Translations under genes and position numbers: made by a program
Assembly (NCBI GenBank): GCA_027064425.1
Contig: JAMOPO010000015.1
Coordinates: forward strand, 96,001-160,000
Origin: Methanobacteriota archaeon
GTDB lineage: Archaea; JAADCQ01; Methanopyri; Methanopyrales; Methanopyraceae
DNA: 64,000 bases
Reading direction: 5' to 3'
Shown: positions 50,930-63,284 of the stretch, piece by piece
Layout of the letters: each line of letters begins with the position of its first letter
How positions within the stretch are numbered: the stretch's first letter is position 1
The notes under the pieces: model-generated
Told to the model about the DNA's origin: nothing
Database searches by the model: none
The model's input: only the letters and a program-made list of their open reading frames with translations

Positions 50930-50937
50930 CCGGCCCG

Positions 50938-50993
50938 GCCGATGACGAGAAACCTGGGCACGGACGGATGAAGAGCCGCGTCCTAGCGGAGGC
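50938..50993 (+). ncRNA. Box C/D guide sRNA (candidate)
   Basis: ATGACGA, 12 nt, CGGA, ATGAAGA, 12 nt, CGGA; GCC/GGC stem. Confidence 0.7.
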
Positions 50994-51346
50994 TACCTCA
51001 GCAGCGGCAGATCGCCCGTCACGCGGTCGATCTTTTTCTCCCGCTCCGGCCCGATCCCCACGCACGTCACCGTGCCGGGCTCCAGCTCGGTCAGCCCGGC
51101 GTCCTTAACCAGGAACGCGGGCAGGCCCTGCTCCTTCGCCCGCTCGTACCGCTCCAGCAGCTCCTCCTCGTCCTCACACCTCACGACGACCTTCTTCTGC
51201 CCCTCCTCCAGCCACTCGTCCACTGGGGCCCCCATCTCCCTGGCCCGCAGGAGCGCGCCCACGGCCGCGTGAGCCACCTGAGCCGCCAGCTTGCCCCGAC
51301 TCAGGTCCAGGTCGCCCCGGACGACGATCACCTGCTTGTAGGCCAA
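50993..51346 (-). CDS. pth2: Peptidyl-tRNA hydrolase Pth2
   Basis: KQVIVVR.DL..SRGK.AAQVAHA, DAGLTE, GIGP. Confidence 0.95.
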   Translation of the reverse strand: MAYKQVIVVRGDLDLSRGKLAAQVAHAAVGALLRAREMGAPVDEWLEEGQKKVVVRCEDEEELLERYERAKEQGLPAFLVKDAGLTELEPGTVTCVGIGPEREKKIDRVTGDLPLLR

Positions 51347-51517
51347 AGGGCACCACCCTCGGCTGAGAGGAGTCTCTTCACGCGAGGGGTCCGCCCGTCA
51401 GCTCCTCCTCATCGGGCCCGACCCGGAGGCGAAACCTTATTTATATTGAATCTCCGGTCAACACGCCGCGAGGAGACGACGCCAGGATGAGGATGAACCG
51501 ATGAGGGGGTGCGAGTT

Positions 51518-51892
51518 ATGGCTGACAAGCCCATGTACGTGAAGTTCGAGGTGCCCGAGGAGCTCGCCGAGAAGGCCTACGAGGCCCTCGAGATCGCCCG
51601 AGATACCGGCGAGATCCGGAAGGGTACCAACGAGACCACCAAGGCGGTCGAGCGCGAGCAGGCCGTGCTGGTTCTGATCGCCGAGGACGTCGACCCGGAG
51701 GAGGTGGTCGCCCACCTGCCGGAGCTGTGCGACGAGAAGGGCATCCCGTACGTTTACGTGCCCAGCAAGGACGAGCTGGGCGCCGCCGCGGGCATCGACG
51801 TGGCGGCGGCGAGCGCCTGCATCATCGACCCGGGAGAGGCCAAGGACCTGGTCGACGAGATCATCGAGAAGGTCGAGGAGCTCCGGGAGTAA
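51518..51892 (+). CDS. rpl7ae: Ribosomal protein L7Ae
   Basis: [25 protein letters not shown]. Confidence 0.97.
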   Translation: MADKPMYVKFEVPEELAEKAYEALEIARDTGEIRKGTNETTKAVEREQAVLVLIAEDVDPEEVVAHLPELCDEKGIPYVYVPSKDELGAAAGIDVAAASACIIDPGEAKDLVDEIIEKVEELRE

Positions 51893-51996
51893 CCGGGAAG
51901 CGCCTCCCTCACGCCCCCGCCGAATCGTTAATCATCTCATAACGATCGCCGCACGCGCTAAGAAGCCTCGCCCCAGGCCCTCCTCGGGGTGCGGGC

Positions 51997-53436
51997 TTGA
52001 CGGAGTACGAGTTCGGCTGCCTGATCGGCGGGGAATGGGTGGAGGGCGAGGAGGAGATCCTCGTCCTCAGCCCCTACGACGACTCGGAGGTCGGTCGCGT
52101 CCTCGTCCCGCGTGAGATCGACGTGGACGGGCTCGTTAAGCACGCCAAGGAGGGGCTGAAAAGCTGGAAGGAGCGCCGAACCTACGAAGTCCGGGAGGCG
52201 CTCGAGGAGGCGGCGCGGCTGGTTAAGAAGCACGAGGAGGAGCTCGCCCGGATCATCGCGCTGGAGGGTGGCAAGCCGATCAGGGACGCCAGGTTCGAGG
52301 TGCGGAGGACGGCGGAGGTCCTCCGGCTGTGCGCGGGAGAGGCCGAGCGGATTTGGGGTGAGACGCTCCCGGGCGACGCTCAGCCCGGCCGCGTCTCCGA
52401 GGCCATCCTCACAGTCCGGGAGCCCGTGGGCGTCGTCCTCTCAATCACCCCGTACAACTTCCCGCTGATGCTCCCCGCGCACAAGCTGGGACCCGCGCTC
52501 GCCGCCCGATGCTCTATCGTGCACAAGCCCGCCACCGAGACGCCACTGTCCTCCCTCAAGCTCGCAGAGCTCCTGCTGGACGCCGGGATCGACGAGAGGG
52601 CGCTCCAGGTCGTGATCGGGCCGGGCCGGGAGCTGGGAGAGCGGTTGGTGAAGGCCGACTTCGATGCGCTCTCCTTCACGGGCAGCCGGGAGGTGGGAGA
52701 GCGGCTGCGCGAGATCTCGCCGATCCCCCGGATGACGCTGGAGCTGGGCGGGAACGATCCGGTCATCGTTGACGAGACCGTGGAGGACGTGGAGAAGGTC
52801 GCCGAGTCAGTCGTTCAGGGGGCGTGCTACCACGCGGGCCAGGTCTGCATCGCCGTGGAGCGGGCCATCGTCGTGGAGGAAGTGTACGACGAGTTCGTGG
52901 AGGCGGCCGCGGAGGCAGCGGAGTCCCTGAAGGTGGGGGACCCGCTGGACGAGGACACGGACGTGGGTCCGCTCATCAACGATCACGCGCTGGAGAAGGT
53001 CCTGAAGCACATCGAGGACGCGGTCAACCGGGGCGCCGAGGTGGTCACGGGCGGCGAGCCCAGGGAGCGCCGGCTGCTCCCGCCCACGGTGCTCTCGGAC
53101 GTGCCCGAGGACTCCCTGATCGCCCGGGAGGAGACGTTCGGCCCCGTCCTCCCGGTGATCCGGGTGAGGGACTTCGACGAGGCGCTCCGGGTGGCTAACG
53201 CGACCGAGTACGGGCTCCACGCGGCCGTGTTCACGAACCGGTTGGACCGGGCGGTCAGGGCCGCGAGGGAGCTCGAGGCGGGCGGGATCATCGTCAACGA
53301 GCTGACCATCTACCGGGCCGACTACATGCCGTTCGGCGGCGTGAAGGGCAGCGGGGTGGGTCGCGAGGGCGTCCCGTGGGCGGTCCGCGAGTTCACCGAG
53401 GAGAAGACGATCGTGCTGGGAGGGGAGGGCCGGTAG
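51997..53436 (+). CDS. NAD-dependent aldehyde dehydrogenase (lactaldehyde dehydrogenase-like)
   Basis: ITPYNFP, FTGS, LELGGND, AGQVCI, EETFGP, PFGGVK.SG. Confidence 0.93.
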   Translation: MTEYEFGCLIGGEWVEGEEEILVLSPYDDSEVGRVLVPREIDVDGLVKHAKEGLKSWKERRTYEVREALEEAARLVKKHEEELARIIALEGGKPIRDARFEVRRTAEVLRLCAGEAERIWGETLPGDAQPGRVSEAILTVREPVGVVLSITPYNFPLMLPAHKLGPALAARCSIVHKPATETPLSSLKLAELLLDAGIDERALQVVIGPGRELGERLVKADFDALSFTGSREVGERLREISPIPRMTLELGGNDPVIVDETVEDVEKVAESVVQGACYHAGQVCIAVERAIVVEEVYDEFVEAAAEAAESLKVGDPLDEDTDVGPLINDHALEKVLKHIEDAVNRGAEVVTGGEPRERRLLPPTVLSDVPEDSLIAREETFGPVLPVIRVRDFDEALRVANATEYGLHAAVFTNRLDRAVRAARELEAGGIIVNELTIYRADYMPFGGVKGSGVGREGVPWAVREFTEEKTIVLGGEGR

Positions 53437-53559
53437 GGGTCGGCAAAGCCGGCCTTACCTCATCCGGCTCGGCCCCAAAGGTCCTCCTCATCCCCCCTCC
53501 CGCCGGATCCTGAACGCTTATTTTCGAACCGGTGGGCGGCCCTCCGGGGGACGACCGGC

Positions 53560-55221
53560 TTGCGGAGCGATGAGATCCGGCGCGGGGTGGAGCGCGCGCC
53601 GCACAGGGCGCTGCTCCGCGCGTGCGGGCTCACCGACGAGGAGCTGGAGGGAGACGGCCCGTTCATCGCCGTCGTGAACACCTACTCGGAGGTCATCCCG
53701 GGCCACGTTCACCTGGACAAGGTCGCGGAGGCGGTGAAGGAAGGGATCCGCGCGGCCGGTGGCGTCCCCTTCGAGGTCGAGACGATCGCTCTCTGCGACG
53801 GGATCGCGATGAACACCATCGGGATGAAGTACTCCCTGCCGAGCCGCGAGCTCGTCGCCGACTCCATCGAGACCGTGGTGGAGGGGCACCGGTTCGACGG
53901 CTTCGTCGCGGTCGTGTCCTGCGACAAGATGGTCCCGGGCGCGCTGATGGCCGCGGCCCGGCTGGACCTGCCCGCCGCGGTCGTCACGGGTGGCCCGATG
54001 GAGCCCGGCCGGGTGGACGGGAAAAAGGTGGATCTCATCGACGTGTTCGAGGGCGTCGGAGCGCTGAAGGAGGGGGAGATCACCGAGGAGGAGCTCAAGG
54101 AGCTCGAGCGCAGGGCCTGCCCCGGACCGGGCTCCTGCGCCGGCATGTTCACGGCCAACACGATGGCGTGCATGACCGAGGTGCTAGGCCTCTCCGAGTT
54201 CAACTGCGCGGCGACGCCGGCCACGGAGGCCGAGAAGCTCCGGATCGCGAAGCTCACGGGCATGCGAATCGTGGAGGCGGTTAAAGAGGGAGTCACGGCT
54301 CGAGACGTGCTCACCCGCGAGGCCTTCCTGGACGCGATCCGCGTCGACATGGCGCTGGGTGGCAGCACGAACACCGTGCTCCACCTGCTCGCGATCGCCC
54401 GCGAGGCGGGCGTAGATCTATCCCTCGACGACTTCGACGAGCTCAGCCGGGACACGCCGCACCTCTGCGCGATGCGGCCGGGCGGTCCCTACACCATGCG
54501 CGACCTGTACGAGGCCGGCGGCGTACCCGCCGTGATGAAGGAGCTGTCGGACGACCTTCACCTCGACCGACCGGACTACTCCGGCCGCCCGATGCGAGAG
54601 CGCGTCGAGCGCGCCGAGATCAGGGACCGGGACGTCGTCCGGCCGAAGAGCGACCCGGTCGAGGAGGAGGGCGGGCTCCGAATCCTCTACGGGAACCTGG
54701 CGCCCAAGGGTGCCGTGATCAAGACGGCCGCGCTGTCCAAGGACATGTACGAGCACGAGGGCCCGGCCGTCGTCTTCGACTCCGAGGAGGAGGCTACCGA
54801 GGCGATCCTGGGCGGTGAGGTGGATCCCGGTGACGTCGTGGTGATCCGCTACGAGGGTCCGGCCGGTGGACCGGGAATGCGTGAGATGCTGACCCCAACC
54901 TCCGCCCTGTGCGGGATGGGGCTGGACGACTCGGTGGCGCTGGTCACGGACGGTCGGTTCTCGGGTGGGACCAGGGGCCCGTGCATCGGGCACGTGTCGC
55001 CCGAAGCCTACCGTGGCGGGCCGATCGCGGTCGTGGAGGATGGCGACACCATCCGCATCGACGTTCGCAAGCGAAAGCTGGAGGTCGACCTGGAGGAAGA
55101 GGAGCTGAAGGCGCGGCTCGAGGAGTGGGAGCCGCCGGAGGACGAGGAGGAGCTCTCCGGGTACCTTAGGCGCTACCGGGAGCTGGTCCGAGGCGCGGAC
55201 GAAGGGGCCGTGCTCCGGTGA
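53560..55221 (+). CDS. ilvD: Dihydroxy-acid dehydratase
   Basis: [30 protein letters not shown]. Confidence 0.96.
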   Translation: MRSDEIRRGVERAPHRALLRACGLTDEELEGDGPFIAVVNTYSEVIPGHVHLDKVAEAVKEGIRAAGGVPFEVETIALCDGIAMNTIGMKYSLPSRELVADSIETVVEGHRFDGFVAVVSCDKMVPGALMAAARLDLPAAVVTGGPMEPGRVDGKKVDLIDVFEGVGALKEGEITEEELKELERRACPGPGSCAGMFTANTMACMTEVLGLSEFNCAATPATEAEKLRIAKLTGMRIVEAVKEGVTARDVLTREAFLDAIRVDMALGGSTNTVLHLLAIAREAGVDLSLDDFDELSRDTPHLCAMRPGGPYTMRDLYEAGGVPAVMKELSDDLHLDRPDYSGRPMRERVERAEIRDRDVVRPKSDPVEEEGGLRILYGNLAPKGAVIKTAALSKDMYEHEGPAVVFDSEEEATEAILGGEVDPGDVVVIRYEGPAGGPGMREMLTPTSALCGMGLDDSVALVTDGRFSGGTRGPCIGHVSPEAYRGGPIAVVEDGDTIRIDVRKRKLEVDLEEEELKARLEEWEPPEDEEELSGYLRRYRELVRGADEGAVLR

Positions 55222-55811
55222 CCCTCGGGGAGCGCACCGAGCGGGGTCGTCGGATCGCCGAGCGGAGCCTGGACCGATGGACCGAGCGGCTGGGTGAGCC
55301 GAAGGACCTCGAGGACCTCCTCGCCCTCCGCCTCACCCACGCTACCTGGGACCCGTTCATCGCCGAGACGCTCCGGGTGGTGCCCTCCGAGAGGGAGGTG
55401 GTCCGAGGGATCCGGCGAGCGGAGCTGGTGGCGGTCGACGTGAGGATGGTGGCGGCCGGGATCCGGCGCTCGCTGGACCGGCTTGGACTAGAGGCCCGAG
55501 TGGCCTCCGAGGAGGGGGCCGAAAGCGGCGGCGACACGGTCACTGGGGACGGCATGCGTCGGATCCTGGAGGAGCACGAGAACGTCGCCGTGGTCGTGGG
55601 TAACGCGCCAACGGCCGCTGAGAAGGTGGGAGAGTACCGGGACTCCGTGAGCGTGGCGCTGCTCTTCCCCGTGGGCCTCGGCTCGGTGGAGGTGAAGTTC
55701 GAGGGGCTGGACTGGGGAATCCCGCTGGTCACGAACCTCTCCGTGCGCGGCGGTACGCCCTTGGCCGTCGCGGCCTTCAACGCCCTGGTCGACTACGCGC
55801 TCGAGAGCTGA
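55218..55811 (+). CDS. cbiC: Precorrin-8X methylmutase
   Basis: [30 protein letters not shown]. Confidence 0.8.
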   Translation: MTLGERTERGRRIAERSLDRWTERLGEPKDLEDLLALRLTHATWDPFIAETLRVVPSEREVVRGIRRAELVAVDVRMVAAGIRRSLDRLGLEARVASEEGAESGGDTVTGDGMRRILEEHENVAVVVGNAPTAAEKVGEYRDSVSVALLFPVGLGSVEVKFEGLDWGIPLVTNLSVRGGTPLAVAAFNALVDYALES

Positions 55812-56284
55812 GATCGGAGCTCTCTGTCGGCCTCCTTCACCTCCTCTCGCAGCTTTTCAGAGTACTCCTCCAGGAACTTTTTCACCTTCTCATCTTCCAG
55901 CGCCAGGATCCGTAGGGCCAGCAGCGCGGCGTTCTCACCCCGGTCGACGCCCACGGTGGCCACCGGTACCCCGGGCGGCATCTGCACCGAGGACAGCAGC
56001 GCGTCCATGCCCGACAGTTTCGCGTCCACGGGCACGGCGATCACGGGCTTGTTCGTCTTGGCCGCGATCACGCCCGGCAGGTGCGCCGCCAGCCCGGCTA
56101 TCGCGATGTACACCTTCACCTCCTCGTCGTGGTCCTCGATGATCTTCTCCAGGTACTCAGGTGACCGGTGGGCCGAGGCCACCCGAACCTCGTAGCTGAC
56201 GCCCGCCTCCTCCAGCACCTTCACCGCCTTCTCCGCCACGTCCCGGTCGCTCGGGCTGCCCAGGATGATGAGCACGTCCACCAT
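55793..56284 (-). CDS. purE: N5-CAIR mutase / AIR carboxylase catalytic subunit
   Basis: [21 protein letters not shown]. Confidence 0.96.
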   Translation of the reverse strand: MVDVLIILGSPSDRDVAEKAVKVLEEAGVSYEVRVASAHRSPEYLEKIIEDHDEEVKVYIAIAGLAAHLPGVIAAKTNKPVIAVPVDAKLSGMDALLSSVQMPPGVPVATVGVDRGENAALLALRILALEDEKVKKFLEEYSEKLREEVKEADRELRSQLSSA

Positions 56285-56297
56285 CCGCCGCGACCCC

Positions 56298-56846
56298 TCA
56301 CACGCTCGTGAGCATCTTCAGCACCTTCGGACCCAGGTAGTGAGCGATCGCTGACTTGACCGTCTCGGACTGTGCCACGTACCCCAGGAAGAGGAACCGA
56401 AGGAACCTGCCGGTGACGACCGCGCTCACGAACAGTCGCAGGTCCATCTCAACCAGTCCCGCGCCAATCGTGAACGGCTTGAACGGGATGAACTGGAGAA
56501 GGCCCGCGAGGAAGACGGCCGCCCAGGCGGTGAGCCAGTGCTCCGTCAGCCTTCGCTCCGCCTTGATCAGCACCGCTTCGCCGACGAGCTTGAGGGCGAT
56601 GGGTCGGCCGCCGTAGTAACCGATGGCGTAGCCGAGGAGGCTGCCGGCGATGGACGCGAGCGCGACCAGGCCCGCTAGCGTCCACGGGTCCATCTTCAGC
56701 GCGTACGGGAACACGAACGGTTCCGGCGGTACCGGCAGCACGCTGCACTCCAACGCCGTGATCAACAGCATCCCCGGCAGCCCTACCGCCCGCTCGAACT
56801 CCATGAAGTAGGCGATGAGTTGCTCGGAGAGGCCCAGCGACCCCAC
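56298..56846 (-). CDS. DedA/YqaA (VTT domain) membrane protein
   Basis: LE..VLPVPPE, GS.LGY.IG, IPFK, GR.LRF. Confidence 0.88.
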   Translation of the reverse strand: MGSLGLSEQLIAYFMEFERAVGLPGMLLITALECSVLPVPPEPFVFPYALKMDPWTLAGLVALASIAGSLLGYAIGYYGGRPIALKLVGEAVLIKAERRLTEHWLTAWAAVFLAGLLQFIPFKPFTIGAGLVEMDLRLFVSAVVTGRFLRFLFLGYVAQSETVKSAIAHYLGPKVLKMLTSV

Positions 56847-56850
56847 TCGA

Positions 56851-58102
56851 TCACGCCCCGAACTTCTCGATCAGGTCGGCTAGATCCCGCAGTACATCCA
56901 GCAGACGCATGCCGGAGAACCTGCCCAGGCACCCTCGAGCCACGGAGATCTCGTCGAATCGGTCGACCTCGTCCCGCCGGGCGTCCTCCGTCCAGATCGC
57001 TACCGGCACGGGATCCGCCGTGTGGTCACCCACGGTCACGGGGGTCGTGTGGTCCGCGGTCAGGCACACGACGGTCTCGCCCGGGTCCACCTCGTCCAGT
57101 ATCCGACCCACCAGGTCCCGGTCCATTCTCTCCAACATCTCCACCTTGCCCTCGAAGTCACCGTCGTGGCCCATCTCGTCCACCGCGTTGAAGTTAACGA
57201 GCACGAGGTCATGGTCCTCCAGGCACTCAAGAGCCAGCTCCGCCTTCCTGCGGAGATCCGTGTCCCTCCGTCCCGTGATCCGCTCGTCCTCCGGCACCGT
57301 CATGCCCAGCATCCGACCGATCCCCTTGATCAAGGAGGCGCCCGCCACCACGGCGCCGCTGACGTCGTACCGCTCCTCGAACTCCTCCACCTCCCTCAGC
57401 TGTCCGGCTCCCCGCGGCAGGATCGCGTTCGCGGGCGGCTCACCCCGCTCCCGCCGCTCCTCGTTGATAGGGTGCTCCTCCAGCACCTCATGCGCCTGCC
57501 GGACGAACTCGTTGACGATCTCGGCCGTCCTCTCGGCCGCGGGGTCGCTCGAGGTCGGTTTCACCTTCTTCACCGGCCGGCCCGGCCGCTTGGGATCGGC
57601 GTCGGTCACGTCCGCGGACAGGTCCTCGCCGCGAAGGACCAGCACGGCCCGGTGCCCCACCGCCTCCCGAAACTCGAACTCGACCGGCAGGTCGACCTCC
57701 TCGTTGACCGCCTCGGCCAGCTCGGGCGTTCCCTCGTCCTCGCTGATCCTCCCGGCCCTCCGGTCCTCGACGATCAGCTCACCGTTCTCCTCACGCACCG
57801 TCGCGAAGTTGCACCGGAACGCCACGTCTCCCGGTCTGACCTCCACCCCAGCACCCAGGGCCTCGAGAGGGCCACGCCCGGGGTACACCTCGAACGGGTC
57901 GTACCCCAGCAGGGCCAGGTGGGCGGTGTCGCTGCCCGGTCGAACCCCGGCCCTGATCGGGTCCATCAGGCCCGTCGACCCGCGCCGAGCGAGCTCATCC
58001 ATGTTCGGGACGTCCGCGGCCTGCAGCGGCGTCTCGCCTCGGTCCGGGTCGAACCGGTCGGCCATCCCGTCACCCACGATCAGCACGATCTTCCTGCCCA
58101 AG
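56851..58102 (-). CDS. apgM: 2,3-bisphosphoglycerate-independent phosphoglycerate mutase
   Basis: GDGMAD, PGSDTAHL, GRGPLEA, DE.GHDG, ADHTTP. Confidence 0.94.
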
Positions 58103-58110
58103 TCGCGACC

Positions 58111-58180
58111 ACCCTCAGCCGCTCCCGTGGTCGTCACGGAGGCCCTCCACTCTCGGCGTGCTGTATTCACATCATCGGGC
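58111..58180 (-). ncRNA. Box C/D guide sRNA (candidate) directly upstream of apgM
   Basis: ATGATGT (C), 12 nt, CCGA (D'), GTGACGA (C'), 12 nt, CTGA (D); GCCC/GGGT stem. Confidence 0.65.
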
Positions 58181-58204
58181 GCGTCGGAACCAGCTTACTA
58201 GTTA

Positions 58205-58942
58205 TTAACGGATGACCGTCAGGTCCGGCGGCGGGACGAACTCCACCTCCACCTCGAACTCGCTCCGAACCCGACGAGCCAGCTCCTGCATCCCCGGGAT
58301 CTCGCTGTACTCGTGACCCAGCTCCACCACGGTCACGCCCAGCTCCAGAAGCTCCGCACGGGTGTGGTACTTCACCTCGCCCGAGATCACGGCGTCGACG
58401 TCATCCGCCTCGTCCACCACCTCGCTCGGGGCCGACCCGGGGACCACCAGGACCGTTCGGACGTCTTCCCAGTCCCCGTAGACCGTGGTCAGGGGAGAGA
58501 AGTTCCGGAGCGCGTTGAGCAGCTCGTCCGACGGGCCCCGAACCTCGCACACGCGGCCGAGCTCGTCGCAGGCCGTGTCCACGACGCGCAGGTTCAACCG
58601 GCGGGCCAGGGAGTCGGCGACGCCCCCCTCCGCCCGGTCCCAGTTCGTGTGGGCGGCGTAGAACGTGGCGTCCGCCTCCAGCACCCGGCGCAGCACGGTG
58701 TAGGTTCGGCCCGTGATCCTCCTCGGCGGCTTCAGGAACATCGGATGGTGCGTGATCGCGAGCTCCGCCTCCCTTGCCTCGTCGACGACGTGCGCCACGT
58801 CGAGGCCCACCACAACCCGGTCGACCTCCCGAGAGAGACCGTCCGGGGGCGCCACCTGAACCCCTGGGTTGTCCCAGTCCTCCGCGAGGTCCGGCGGCGC
58901 GAGCTCCTCCACGAACTCCAGGACCTCCTCGACCGTGGGCAC
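58205..58942 (-). CDS. NIF3/DUF34 dinuclear metal protein
   Basis: AEDWDN.G, THHP, HTNWD, GEVKYH, GHEYSE. Confidence 0.92.
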   Translation of the reverse strand: MPTVEEVLEFVEELAPPDLAEDWDNPGVQVAPPDGLSREVDRVVVGLDVAHVVDEAREAELAITHHPMFLKPPRRITGRTYTVLRRVLEADATFYAAHTNWDRAEGGVADSLARRLNLRVVDTACDELGRVCEVRGPSDELLNALRNFSPLTTVYGDWEDVRTVLVVPGSAPSEVVDEADDVDAVISGEVKYHTRAELLELGVTVVELGHEYSEIPGMQELARRVRSEFEVEVEFVPPPDLTVIR

Positions 58943-59014
58943 GGGACGCTCCCCGGGCGGGGCCCGGGAGAGGTTATTCAAACATCTCCCGCGGGGCGCT
59001 CCGGGGGGAGCCCG

Positions 59015-61286
<2,272 letters not shown>

Positions 61287-61312
61287 TTAAAGGTTTGTTG
61301 GGGGGAGAGGGG

Positions 61313-61882
61313 TCAGGACTCGCCCCGCTCCTCACGAGCCCTCTCCGCCCTCTTTTCTAACTCTTCCGCCCACTCGGCGAGCCTGTCCGCGAGCTCCTCC
61401 AGCTTCTCCTTAAAGGCGCTGTAGTAATCCTTCGCGGCCTTGACTAGGAACAGTCCTCCCGCACCGAGCCCAACCACCAGCACGAGGATGCTCAGCAGGG
61501 CGCCCAGGCCCGGCAGGGAGACGACCAGTGGCGACAGCATCACCGCCGCCAGGACGGCGATAATGCCAAGAATCAGGTTGTACGTCGCGGTGCGAACGCT
61601 CTCCTCGCGCTGCCCGAGCACCAGCTCCGAGACGAGATCAGAGGCGGCCTCCGCGATGGGCTTCAGGTGCCTCACCACCTGGTACAGGAAGTAGAAGAGC
61701 AGCAGTACCACGCCGATGGTCACGAGGGTGTTCACCGGGACGCCTATTCCCGGCAGCGCTGATCCCAGGGAGGACAGCATCGGGACGATCAGCTGCGCGA
61801 GCACCACGGTCAGCGCGGCGCCCAGCCCGTTGGTGAGGACCGGGACCGCGTGCTCCCGGATCTCGTCCGCGAGCTCGCCCAA
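61313..61882 (-). CDS. Hypothetical membrane protein
   Basis: 4 TM helices plus charged C-terminal helix. Confidence 0.7.
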   Translation of the reverse strand: MGELADEIREHAVPVLTNGLGAALTVVLAQLIVPMLSSLGSALPGIGVPVNTLVTIGVVLLLFYFLYQVVRHLKPIAEAASDLVSELVLGQREESVRTATYNLILGIIAVLAAVMLSPLVVSLPGLGALLSILVLVVGLGAGGLFLVKAAKDYYSAFKEKLEELADRLAEWAEELEKRAERAREERGES

Positions 61883-61934
61883 CCCCGAACACCCCTAGCC
61901 CCCGACCGCCGCGGAGTAAATAAAGTGGTCGATT

Positions 61935-62648
61935 TCATGCCAGCGCCTCGACGAGCTCCCGGACCAGGTGGCTGCGAACCGTCCCGCTGTCCCGGTCGTT
62001 ACCCTCGCACGCGGCGCCCCGAACGCCCACGATGTCCGCCCCAAGCTCCTTGACCTTGGGCATGTCCTCCCGCTTGAGGGAGCCCGCCAGCGCCACCTCC
62101 AGCCCGTGCTCGTGGGCCAGATCCACGAACTCGCCCACCTCCTCCTCGCTCATGAAGTCGAACAGACCCTTACCGTCCTTGACCGCCGTATCCACCATCG
62201 CCACGTCGCACTCGGACTCCGCCGCCACCTCCGGCACGCTCATCGGGTCCAGGCTGCCGACCCGGTGCGCGTCCGCGTAGCCCGCCGCCACGACCCGCGT
62301 GGAGTACCCGAACTCCCGCACGGCCCGGGAGCAGGCCCGCATGACTTCAACGGCCTCTTCCTCCGTCTTCACCCCGTAGAGCCCGACCTTCGCGTAGTCC
62401 ACGCCGATGGAGGCGACCCCGAGCACGGCCTGAGCCACCGTTCCCGGCTTGTACGGCACGTCGCCTACGGTGGCGCTGACCTCGCGGTCCTCCGGCACGA
62501 CCTCCAGGATCTCCCGGATGATCCAGGGCATGTTGGCCCCGAGCGAGCCCTCCTTCGGGTTTTTCACATCGATAATGTGAGCGCCTCCCTCCACGGCCTC
62601 GATGGCCTCGTCCCGGTCAACGGGGCTCACTAATAGCCTCGGGCGCAT
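61935..62648 (-). CDS. mfnB: (5-formylfuran-3-yl)methyl phosphate synthase (methanofuran biosynthesis)
   Basis: LLVSP...EA, IDVKNP.EGSLGA, SAT.GD, DTAVKDG, LAGSL, GVRGAAC. Confidence 0.92.
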   Translation of the reverse strand: MRPRLLVSPVDRDEAIEAVEGGAHIIDVKNPKEGSLGANMPWIIREILEVVPEDREVSATVGDVPYKPGTVAQAVLGVASIGVDYAKVGLYGVKTEEEAVEVMRACSRAVREFGYSTRVVAAGYADAHRVGSLDPMSVPEVAAESECDVAMVDTAVKDGKGLFDFMSEEEVGEFVDLAHEHGLEVALAGSLKREDMPKVKELGADIVGVRGAACEGNDRDSGTVRSHLVRELVEALA

Positions 62649-62729
62649 CGGGCCGGCCCCGGCCCGGTCCGGAGGTTCACCCTAAATAGCTCCTTTGGGA
62701 CGGCCGAGCTCGAACCAGGGGTTGACGCC

Positions 62730-63284
62730 TTGAAGCGTGCCGCGGTAGCGGCCCTGCTGCTCTGCACCGCCCCCGCCGAGGCCCAGGTCCTGACGCCGGA
62801 GGACGTCGCCAAGCTTCCTTACAGCCACCCGGTGATCGTGGACTGCGTCATCGGCCCCGCCGAGGCTGAGTCCCCAGGGGACTACGCGAGGATCGTGTGG
62901 GTGGACCCCATCACCCACGAGCGCCACGTCCGTGACAAGGTCCGGATACACGTCTCCGGGCCCGCGCTCCTGAACGTGGCCGTCGCCTCCCCGCGCCGAG
63001 CCGGCCGCTGCGACCTCTCCGTGGTGCTCGACGGGAGGACGATCCTGCAGCGGAGCCTGACCCTCGATCCCAACTCGGTGCTGCAGGAGTCCGTGGAGCT
63101 CCCGCTGAAGGCGGGCGTCCATTACCTGCAGATCGAGCTCGCGTCCCCGGATGGGGGCGACCACGTCTCCTGCCGGCTCGAGGTGGTGTGGATCGGCGGG
63201 AACAGCGGTAGCGGCCACGCGCCCCTAACCACCGAGGTACTCGCGCTGGGGACGCTGCTGGCATGTCTAAGGAGACGATGGTGA
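62730..63284 (+). CDS. Secreted beta-rich protein with C-terminal hydrophobic anchor and RRR
   Basis: Signal peptide; tail GGNSGSGHAPL...LLACLRRRW. Confidence 0.7.
   Translation: MKRAAVAALLLCTAPAEAQVLTPEDVAKLPYSHPVIVDCVIGPAEAESPGDYARIVWVDPITHERHVRDKVRIHVSGPALLNVAVASPRRAGRCDLSVVLDGRTILQRSLTLDPNSVLQESVELPLKAGVHYLQIELASPDGGDHVSCRLEVVWIGGNSGSGHAPLTTEVLALGTLLACLRRRW

Noticed and set aside
58119-58132. sRNA guide matching tRNA-Tyr TCCCGTGGTC
   Set aside because: The four nucleotides next to box D mismatch, so the pairing is not a valid guide duplex
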